The translations under genes were made by a program, and so were the position numbers. Source: Octopus sinensis (Eukaryota). From it: a DNA stretch of 47,529 bases. Numbering within the stretch: position 1 is the first letter of the stretch; each line of letters starts with the position of its first letter. Positions 38,181-47,529 of this stretch are shown here, in pieces. The stretch is from positions 1 to 47,529 of the forward strand of contig NW_021826247.1 of NCBI RefSeq assembly GCF_006345805.1. The letters are read 5' to 3'. Below the pieces are notes generated by a model. It worked only from the letters and a program-made list of their open reading frames with translations, searched no databases and had not been told where the DNA came from.

Positions 38181-38332
38181 GGCAAGCGAATAATTGTCAC
38201 ATATTATATATATATATATATTAGAAATTTTTGCGTAATAAGATAAAAAACCCAACATTGTGTAGATATTAGAGCATTTATAGATAGGAGGTTTTACAGC
38301 TGTTTCTAGGATATTTATTAAATATATCCCTC

Positions 38333-38384
<52 letters not shown>

Positions 38385-38387
<3 letters not shown>

Positions 38388-38554
38388 GGTTGTGAAAGGT
38401 TTCTGGATTTGAAGGTATCGCAAAAGGCTTAGCTCGATGCCCAAACTTCCGATTTCGTTTACAGAGTTTAGAAAAACTGAAGGGCCACTACAAAACGTGT
38501 GTAATTGTGGAAGGGTAATATGTTGAACAAAATCATAGTTAATTGACCGTCCTC
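38385..38554 (+). mobile_element. Short mariner-derived non-autonomous element
   Basis: Starts TA|TGGGGTTGTGAAAGGTTT (mariner TIR-like). Contains TCVIVEG*YVEQ, resembling the mariner C-terminal KC...GDYVEK. Sits in (TA)n. Confidence 0.5.
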
Positions 38555-38927
38555 TATATAGATAAAATCATAGATAGAAAAATAGAGAGATAGATAGGAA
38601 GATAGATACATAGATGAATAGATAGACGCACATATGCATATTAGTGTACCTGGTTCTTTTTATATATAGATATTTCTCCGAATCATACATTCATTATCTA
38701 TCGAACAATTTATTTGTCTGTTTCCCAATCTGTATTCCCGTCTATCTACGTGCTCCTGACATAGCATTTCAGCAAAAGAGAAATTTAAACAGACTTTAGG
38801 AAATCCTGATAAAAACTTGGGTTGATGTTTTCGACAGAAACAATTAATTGGGTCGTTGTCCAATGACTGAAACTATTAAAAAAAGATAACGCACAGCTGT
38901 TCAGTTTCCTCTATCATGTTCACTCAC

Positions 38928-39000
38928 CATGCATTCGTGGGGCAGTTGTTCGAGCAGAAGACACTTAAGCTTCCGTGCAATGGAAGCCAATTATCTAAAT
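38928..39000 (-). other. Candidate 73-bp exon
   Basis: Acceptor ATGATTGCAG| and donor ATG|GTGAGT. Single open frame DLDNWLPLHGSLSVFCSNNCPTNA. A longer upstream acceptor is also possible. Confidence 0.3.
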
Positions 39001-39240
39001 CTGCAATCATGAGATTTAGAATTCTATATTTCTCAGTGGATGAATTTACATTGTGTATAATATTTTCATTCATTAGTCTGGTGTTGTTGTGGAAGGATGC
39101 TGACCACACTCATATGACAGAAAGTGGGACTGACGCATTTCAGTAGAATACAGAAACTGTGAACTGTCGGCAGTCGACAGCGGACAGTTGACGGCGCTGA
39201 TCGTTCGTATTAGATTGCTGTGTAAAGAATTAGGTATTTC

Positions 39241-40366
39241 AAGGCGGCGAGCTGGCGTAGCCGTATTTCGTCTGCGGTTACGTTCTGAGTTCAAATTCTG
39301 CCGAGGTCGACTTTGCCTTTCATCCTTTCGGGGTCGATAAATTAAGTACCAGTTACACACTGGGGTCAATATAATCGACTTAATCCGTTTGTCTGTCCTT
39401 GTTTGTCCCCTCTGTGTTTAGCCCCTTGTGGGTAACAAAGAAATAGGTATTTCGTCTGCCGCTACGTTCTGAGTTCAGATTCCGCCGAGGTCGACTTCGC
39501 CTTTCATCCTTTCGGGGTCGGTAAATTAAGTACCAGTTACACACTGGGGTCGATATAATCGACTTAATCCGTTTGTCTGTCCTTGTTTGTCCCCTCTGTG
39601 TTTAGCCCCTTGTGGGTAACAAAGAAATAGGTATTTCGTCTGCCGCTACGTTCTGAGTTCAGATTCGCCGAGGTCGACTTCGCCTTTCATCCTTTCGGGG
39701 TCGGTAAATTAAGTACCAGTTACACACTGGGGTCGATATAATCGACTTAATCCGTGTATCTGTCCTTGTTTGTCCTCTCTGTGTTTAGCCCATTGTGGGT
39801 AACAAAGAAATAGGTATTTCGTCTGCCGCTACGTTCTGAGTTCAAATTCCGCCGCGGTCGACTTTGCCTTTCATCCTTTCGGGGTCGGTAAATTAAGTAC
39901 CAGTTACACACTTGGGTCGATATAATCGACTTAATCCGTTTGTCTGTCCTTGTTTGTCCCCTCTGTGTTTAGCCCCTTGTGGGTAGTAAAGTTATAGGTA
40001 TTACGTCTGCCGCTACGTTCTGAGTTCAAATTCCGCCGTGGTGGACTTTGCCTTTCATCCTTTCAGGATCGATAAATTAAGTACCAGTTACGCACTGGGG
40101 TCGATAGAATCGACTTAATCCCTTTGTCTGTCCTTGTTTGTCCCCTCTGTGTTTAGCCCCTTGTAGGTAGTAAAGAAATATGTATTACGTCTGCCGTTAC
40201 GTTCTGAGTTCAAATTCCGCCGAGGTCGACTTTACCTTTCATCCTTTCGGGGTCGGTAAATAAAGTACCAGTTACACACTGGGGTCGATATAATCGACTT
40301 AATCCGTTTGTATGTCCTTGTTTGTCCCCTCTGTGTTTAGCCCTCTGTGGGTAGTAAAGAAATAAG
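39241..40366 (+). repeat. SINE family E-derived tandem array: short head plus six ~184-bp units
   Basis: Unit starts GTATT(T/A)CGTCTG at 39263, 39447, 39631, 39814, 39998 and 40182; the array ends at about 40366. Confidence 0.95.
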
Positions 40367-40549
40367 ATTACTGTGCTAGTTTAATATCGTACCTACTTTT
40401 GGCATAGTACACTGTGCATTCTGTGCGAACATCTTAATCATGCGAAAGGTTAGTCTAGATAACCTTATTCAAATATTTCTTTGGGTACTAATATTTCTAC
40501 ACTCTTATGCATATTCCAACGAAGAATAACATTATTGGCGATAAGATAT

Positions 40550-40645
40550 TCAAACACCGAAGACATAACAATTGTCCCCATCCTCATTGTTGCGTTCACT
40601 ACGTTTCGACTGCTGTAAGCTGCAGCCTCATTTAGGTGTGTTTGA
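40550..40645 (-). ncRNA. Type I hammerhead-like fossil
   Basis: Minus strand: TCAAACAC / GTGTTTGA 8-bp distal stem I, core CTAAATGA (damaged), 6-bp stem II GGCTGC/GCAGTC, GAAA, stem III ACGT/ATGT and GTC triplet. Confidence 0.55.
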
Positions 40646-40856
40646 GATACAATCTAGTACCGTGGTTGGGATTCAATTCAAAATCTCTTGTTCAATTCAC
40701 CACATTAACCAGTGCTTACCCCCCACAGTATGTCCGTGGGCAGTGAAGTAATTACTTCAAAATTTACAAATCCTCATTGAAGTGTTGTGTCGTCTTCCTG
40801 CCGACTTTTCAATGCAGTGCTGTCACCTAGATTCTAAGATGTATTCCAGGCAAGGT

Positions 40857-41283
40857 AATCATCATCATTGTTCGACCGTGGTCGAGACAATGAAATTTAC
40901 CATGCTACGCCAGACTTCACGGTCTATCATGGCATTACGGAGGTCCTGTTGCTGGATGCCTGTATCCCTGGGGATTACATCGGGGTAGGACAGTGCGCGC
41001 CCTCTGGTATTGCGAGCAGATGGCTTCCAGAGGAGAAGAGTAGAAATTACCTCGTTTTCAGCTCTACAGCAATGTCCAGCAAACTGGACTCTTCTACCTT
41101 TCACAAGAGATGACACAGGTGGTAGTTTCCCATATATTCGTACTTTGGTTGGATGACGCTTCCACGAGAGATTTTGAGCTCTCATAAGGAGGCGAGTGTA
41201 AGTTCCATCCAACCGCCTCTCAAGCTTCTTTGATAACGTCCAGGTTTCTGAGCCATATAGTAGAATTGGTTCGACTGTGGCAT
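40857..41283 (-). mobile_element. RTE-clade LINE 3' fragment (different family from 28362)
   Basis: ATVEPILLYGSETWTL..DGTYTRLLMRAQNLSWK..RRVQFAGHC; ends in an (ATG)n tail. Confidence 0.9.
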
Positions 41284-41299
41284 GATGAAGGCAAGTTAT

Positions 41300-41822
41300 G
41301 TTAAGTTGATTTTTTGGCTCAAAAAGCAAAAAGCAAGGCCATGTAGGGGGACATGGAGTTATGTACAGGGAGGGTGTTCATGCAAAGAGTTCAGGCCATT
41401 TCTGGTCAAGAGAGTCTTTGAACCGAGCGGTCGTCGGCATCTTCACTATCTCGTCCGGCAGCTTATTCCACGGATCCGCAACCCGGACGGAGAAAGCCCC
41501 TTTCCTTCGATTGAGATGAAATCGTCATTGATAGAGCTTTTCAGAGTGACACCGCAGCCGCCGCTCTGGAGCAGGAGTGAAGAACAGCTCTTTCGAGAGG
41601 TTACCCTTTCCGCTTATGATGTTCTGAGCGAGAATGAGATCACCACGGCGGCGGCGTTTTTCAAGAGAATAAAGGTCGAGCGTCTTCAGCCTTTCTTCAT
41701 AAGACAAATGCTTGAGACCAAGAACCATGCGGGTATCCAGCTTCTGGACTCTTTCGAGATGCTGTATGTCTTTGAGGAGATAAAGAGAAGAGGCTTGAAT
41801 CCCGTACTCCAAGGTACTAAAG
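41300..41822 (-). mobile_element. CR1-clade LINE 3' fragment
   Basis: LEYGIQASSLYLLKDIQHLERVQK..LSYEERLKTLDLYSLEKRRRRGDLI..RVADPWNKLP, one premature TGA and a short 3' UTR. Confidence 0.92.
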
Positions 41823-42544
41823 TGAACCACAAGACGCCTAAAAAATATGAACGTAAAAGAGCCGAAACGTAGTGAAAGCAACAATGGAGATGAGGATGCA
41901 AGTCTGAATAATATAAACATTTTACATAGCGAAACCATGAAGTTTGAAAGCCTAACCATGCAGCCATATTTCACATAAAACTTTGAGTGAAAACGTTTAC
42001 AGTATTCGTTGTTTAATTTTAATTATTGATCAATATTTAATTGTAATTACCAAGCAATCGCAAAAATAGGTTCATTAGTAGAAATTTGTTTTAACATAAG
42101 AGTTAATGAGTATAAGACATCATGTGTAAAATTAGTTTGCGTCTAGAGAGAGATTGTCTGACGATATCTTTAGATACGCTTTGAAACGTTGTAAGCCGTG
42201 AAATGGGTATTCATTTTTTCGCAATTATATTTTTTTCCTATTTTTATATAATTTTTCCAAAATGGAAAATTATAAATGAATAGTGACATTTTTACTGTTG
42301 CTATTAATGTTTTAAATAATTATGTTGTTGTTGTTTTTTCTATTGTTTTATTTTGTTTTATTTACATAATAAACAAATAAATTATCTCAGAGCGAATGGT
42401 TGTGTGAAGTAAAATGTAATCACAGTGTGGAATAAATTGTGTTGTTTTTTCTTGCAAAGATATAGAATGTTGTTTTTTTAAAGGAAAGAAAAAAAAACTA
42501 AAATATGACATGTTGTTTATAGAGACAAAATACTAATACACAAA

Positions 42545-42759
42545 ATGAAGATAATGATGATGATAATAATAATAATAATAACAATAATGATAATAATATT
42601 AATGATAACAATAATAATAACAATAATACTAATAATAATAATAATAATAATATTAATAATAATAATGATAACAATAATAATAACAACAATAATAATGATA
42701 ATAATAATAATAATAACAATGATAATAATAATAATAATAATAATAATTAGAATGATAAC

Positions 42760-42832
<73 letters not shown>

Positions 42833-42860
42833 GTAATAGTAATAATAACTACCACTAAAA
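42545..42860. repeat. (AAT)n/(AAC)n tract
   Basis: Direct reading. Confidence 0.95.
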
Positions 42861-42958
42861 CAACAATACTAAATGTTCTCATGATGATGATAGCAGAATA
42901 TCAAGAGAAAAGTCATTATTTAGTGTTTAAAGTTCTGTTACCACAGCTACTGCTACCA

Positions 42959-43002
<44 letters not shown>

Positions 43003-43006
<4 letters not shown>

Positions 43007-43155
43007 GACGGGCTTCTTTCAGTTTCCGTCTGCCAAATCCACTCACTGGGATTTTGGTCGGACCGACGCTATGGTAGAAGACACTTGCCCATGTTGACAC
43101 GCAGTGAGACTGAACCTGGAGTCATGTAGTTGGGAAGCAAGCTACTTACCACACA
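43003..43155 (-). mobile_element. SINE family A head only, ending at (TA)n
   Basis: Reverse complement of the head up to GAAAGAAGCCCGTCGTA. Confidence 0.8.
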
Positions 43156-43996
43156 TCTATATATATATTCGTCTATATATTTATATACATACATGTGTGT
43201 GTGTGCGCGCGTATATGTGTGTTTGAGTACACACGCACACACACACACATACATATAGATAAATATACATACACATATATATATACATACGCACATACAT
43301 ATATATAAATGTAAAAATTTTACACATACTTATATATATACACAAATATACGCACGTGTATGGTGTTGTATTAAAAAGCTGAAATCTGATGTCTACGGTT
43401 TGAGTGCTTTTCTTGTAGATTCAGTTAACTTGTTACTTATTCCATAATAATAGCATTTGCTCCATAAGAATCTAGGCTTTATAATTAAACTCTGATGTCA
43501 CTCTGATCACTCGATATAACCACGGTTATGGTAATTTGTAGTTGCCGGTACTTTGCTACTGTATCCAAAATGCTTTGCCCAGACGTGTATTGGCAGTTAA
43601 TGATACACCTTCTGTATTTGAGTAAGGTAGTTTAAATGAAAATAGAGTTAAAATTGTTTTAGAAGTCCTGTAAATGAATAAAAGAAATGAAAATAAAAGA
43701 AAAAAGGAAAGTAAGTATAAAATTTAAAATCTAATTTCAAAATGTCGGTGTGAAAATCCCTTTATCAAAACGAAATTGAAGATTGAATAAATTGCCGTGT
43801 GATAACGATTAACGTAAATCGAAAGTAGCCATGTCTTGAGTATCAATTTTCGGCAGGCGTAAAAGACCGAAGATGATTTAGTGGCAGACGTTTCTAGATC
43901 AACTGAATCCAGTGAAGAAAGCTTCAACAGCGGTACGGGAAGACCTACAGCTGAAGTGAATAAAGTGTTGAACCGTAGATCGTAGTTTTATATTTA

Positions 43997-44200
43997 GGAG
44001 TAGTCATGGTTGTGTGGTAAGAAACATGCTTCCCAACCACATAGTTCTGGGTTCAATCCTACCGCGTGGTGTCTTGGTAAGTTTCTTTTAATTGAGCCTC
44101 GGGCCGATCAAAATCTTGTGCGTGGATTAGGTAGAAGGAAACTGAAAGAAGCCCGTCATATATACATATGTGTGTATGTGTGTGTGTTTGTCCCCCTCTC
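43997..44200 (+). mobile_element. SINE family A head plus microsatellite, tail lost
   Basis: TGTGTGGTAAG..CCAACCACATAGTTCTGGGTTCAATCC..GAAACTGAAAGAAGCCCGTC. Confidence 0.8.
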
Positions 44201-44240
44201 ACTAGTATCGGAGTGTTTAAGTTCCCGTAATGTTTCGATT

Positions 44241-44357
44241 GGAGCCACATGAAATGAAGTATTTCGCACAGGAACAGAAAGAATCAGCCGGTGCAGGAAT
44301 CGAAACTGGAAACTAACGGTCCTGAGTGTTACACCCTTAGCAAGTAGGCAACGCACA
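44241..44357 (-). mobile_element. Diverged tRNA-like SINE head of another family
   Basis: The minus strand GTGCGTTGCCTACTTGCTAAGGGTG..GTTTCGATTCCTG..ACTTCATTTC has a B-box-like motif and resembles the head at 35513. Confidence 0.5.
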
Positions 44358-44441
44358 GAAACACAGACAGACAGACATGTGCACACACGTACACACGCAT
44401 TCTGGGTTTATTCCCACCGCGTGGGAATAAATATATATATA

Positions 44442-44506
<65 letters not shown>

Positions 44507-44509
44507 TTG

Positions 44510-44665
44510 GGTGTCTGTGTTTGTCCCCCCAACATTACTTGACAACCGTACATTAGTGGTTCGGCAAAAAAGATAGAATAAGTCCTGGGGTCGATGTGCT
44601 CGACTAAAGGCAATGATCCAGCATGCCCGCAATCAAATGACTGAAACAAGTAGAAGAGTAAAATT
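44510..44665 (+). mobile_element. SINE family A tail with internal deletions
   Basis: TTTGTCCCCC..TTGACAACCG..GGTTCGGCAAAA..AATAAGTCCTGGGGTCGA..AAATGACTGAAACAAGTA. Confidence 0.8.
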
Positions 44666-44702
44666 GTAAAAGAGTGTGTATATATATATATATATATATT
44701 AC

Positions 44703-44998
44703 ACGTGACCGACCAGTCCATCAGATGTAGTTACACATCGCTGGTCACAATGCGTTCGCATTGTTTTAGCCTTCGAATGACGCCACCCCGCTGGCTAAGC
44801 GAGCAGGCCAACAGAAGAAACAGTGGGAGAAAGAGTGGTGAAAGAGTACAGCAGGGATCACCACCATCCCCTGCCGGAGCCTCGTGGATCTTTAAGGTGT
44901 TTTCGCTCAATAAACACACCCAATGCCCGGTCTGGGAATCGAAAACCGCGATCCTACGACCGCGAATCCGCTGCCCTAACCACTAGGCCATTGCGCCT

Positions 44999-45000
<2 letters not shown>
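44703..45000 (-). mobile_element. tRNA-derived SINE family B
   Basis: Reverse complement of the full family B sequence. Confidence 0.88.
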
Positions 45001-45052
<52 letters not shown>

Positions 45053-45662
45053 ACATATATATATATATATATATATATGTACGTATATATATATATGCAT
45101 ACATACATCCATCCATCCATGCATACATGCATACATATATATATATATATATAGAGAGAGAGATATGCTTGTCAAACTAGCGTACAAGTGGATGAGCATT
45201 ATATAGACACACACAGGAAGATTTAGCGTAAAAGACATATGTTCACATATATGTACACACACACAAATACACACACATACATACACCCACACCCACTAAC
45301 CCCCACACACACATATGGATGTTGCAACGTAATTGTATTTTACAATAAATTCAATTAAGCAAAATTCTCATGAATATATCGTTGAAATACTTATAATAAT
45401 TTATCAAACTAAATTTGAGTCCAAACATATTGTCTTAATAGTAATTACAACTTTAGTGTAGTTAGTTTTAATATAAATTATATATAAGTAGCATTTATTA
45501 ATTTCTAGGTTTTGCTTTTGTTTGCAAAATTTATATTGAGCGTAGAATTATGCAGAGCTACTGCTGATGCAATGCTATTATATGGTAATTAACAAGAAAT
45601 TTTAATACGCCATGTTTTTCTTTGTTGTCTTCAGTGTTTTTAACAAACACTTGTACAAATTG

Positions 45663-46042
45663 GAAGCACTCCGTCGGTTACGACGATGAGGGTTCCCGTT
45701 GATCCGAATCAACGGAACAGCCTGCTCGTGAAATTAACGTGTAAGTGGCTGAGCACTCCACAGACACGTGTACCCTCAACGTAGTTCTCGGGGATATTCA
45801 GCGTGACACAGAGAGTGACAAGGCCGGCCCTTTGAAATACAGGTACAACAGAAACAGGAAGTAAGAGTAAGAGAAAGTTGTGGTGAAAGAGTTACGCAGG
45901 GATCACCACTATCCCCTGCCGGAGCCTCGTGGAGCTTTAGGTGTTTTGCTCAATAAACACTCACAACGCTCGGTCTGGGAATCGAAACCGCGATCCTATG
46001 ACCGCGAGTCCGCTGCCCTAACCACTGGGCCATTGCGCCTCC
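45663..46042 (-). mobile_element. tRNA-derived SINE family C (family B head with an unrelated tail)
   Basis: The first ~190 nt match family B up to CTCTTACTTC, then switch to CTGTTTCTGTTGTACCTG..GTCGTAACCGACGGAGTGC. Confidence 0.85.
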
Positions 46043-46268
46043 ACTACTTGTACAAATACTTGATGAATGTTAACACTCTCTCCCTCATTCTATCTATCCA
46101 TCCTTCTCCCTCACTCGCTTTAAGTCTCTGTCTATCTGTCTGTATCTCTCTATCCCTATAACATCTATCTGTCCCTAACTACCAGACCACTAGCAATAAA
46201 ATCTATCACGTATTACAAATGCACGCGCACAAATATATCAAGCATATTTGTATATGTGTGTATATATA

Positions 46269-46491
46269 CTCTTTTACTCTTTTACTTGTTTCGGTTATTT
46301 CACTGCGGCCATGCAGGAGCACCGCCTTTATTCGAGCAAATCGACCCCAGGATTTATTCTTTGTAAGTCTAGTACTTTTTCTTTCGGTCTCTTTTGCCGA
46401 ACCGCTAAGTTACGGGGACGCAAACACACCAGAATCTGTTGTCAAGCGATGTTGGGGGCACAAACACAGACAGACAAACTTATACACACAC

Positions 46492-46549
<58 letters not shown>

Positions 46550-46704
46550 GACGGGCTTCTTTCAGTTTCGTCTACCAAATCCACTCACAAAGGTTTGGTT
46601 GGCCCGAGGCTATAGTAGAAGACACTTTCCCAAGATGCCACGCAGTGGGACTGAACCCGGAACCATGTGGTTGGTAAGCAAGCTACTTACCACACAGCCA
46701 CTAC
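46269..46704 (-). mobile_element. SINE family A, full length
   Basis: Reverse complement of head, ~90-bp microsatellite and tail. Confidence 0.9.
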
Positions 46705-47198
46705 TACGCCTATATATGTAAGTAAGTTTTAAAAAAAAACAACCCTAGACATCTGTGTCTATCGTAGGTCAATCAACACGTTGAAATGTAACCTCCTTTT
46801 GGAACAATCTCCCCTCCGGATGAAATACCTAATTATCCAGTTTCAATATGAAAATTTAAATTAGATTAATTCAATTTAATTTCTGTAACTGAAATAATTG
46901 AATATGGAAACGGCTGTTGGGCAAGAATTTCATTATATGAATTTGAGTATCTTTGAATAAATTGATCTATATATGCCAAATTTCGTATGTTCTTCAAATA
47001 TCTGAAACAATTAAAACAATAAAAGAATAGTCTCTATATGTATCTATACACATATATAATGTTCATAAACACACACACACACAAACACACACACACATAT
47101 ATATATATATATACCCGTATATATATATATTCACATAAACACACATGTTGCAAGAATTGATCCGTCTATACTTACCTCCACTCACTCTCTCTCTCGCT

Positions 47199-47243
<45 letters not shown>

Positions 47244-47371
47244 GTGAATGGAAAAATGGAGTTGAACGAAGATTGTACAGATCCTTTTATTACATTCTAC
47301 ACATGTTTCAAAAGTCACAATTTTCCAAATTCTGATTAAATAAGGTTACCATATTGCAGCTTTCTCTTCAG

Positions 47372-47455
47372 GAAAAGCAGGAATTACGTGACAGAACAAA
47401 CAAAACAGAGGCGCAGCAAAGCAATTCGAACGAGGACGCTGCTTAAGAGCCCATG
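47372..47455 (+). other. Candidate plus-strand exon
   Basis: Acceptor GCAGCTTTCTCTTCAG|. Either an 84-bp internal exon ending ATG|GTAAAA (KSRNYVTEQTKQRRSKAIRTRTLLKSP) or a terminal exon EKQELRDRTNKTEAQQSNSNEDAA*. Confidence 0.25.
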
Positions 47456-47529
47456 GTAAAATGTTTATCAATGTACGTTTTGAAATGTAGTGGTGGGGCC
47501 GACAAAAGGTCCGTTGGAATAATACAGGT

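Noticed and set aside
39263-40366. 184-bp array as a CRISPR array or hammerhead retrozyme
   Set aside because: There are no unique spacers, the units are SINE bodies, and I found no CTGANGA core on either strand of the unit.
41282-41872. 196-aa plus-strand ORF as a gene
   Set aside because: It is the antisense shadow of the CR1 fragment on the minus strand.

Overview
AT-rich, microsatellite-dense eukaryotic non-coding DNA. The SINE families and repeat landscape match what I recall of octopus (coleoid cephalopod) genomes; this is an inference, not a database result. No intact protein-coding gene is evident, and nearly all ORFs in the supplied track are translations of simple repeats. The window contains: several tRNA-derived SINE families (informally A, B, C, E) and an unclassified (AAT)n-associated element (D); decayed mariner and Tc1 transposons; a non-autonomous Helitron; and fragments of RTE, CR1, R4/Dong-like and Penelope-like retroelements. 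A few splice-flanked candidate exons are weakly supported. The most notable signal is about seven hammerhead-ribozyme-like motifs from several sequence families, read by eye. Two have intact catalytic cores (37602, 38123), and the motifs at 12958, 37602 and 38123 lie next to Penelope RT or GIY-YIG remnants. Other observations are SINE-derived tandem arrays, a minisatellite born inside a SINE, head/tail module swapping between SINEs, and an inverted SINE pair sharing private variants. All alignments and folds were done by hand, so boundaries of diverged repeats are approximate.
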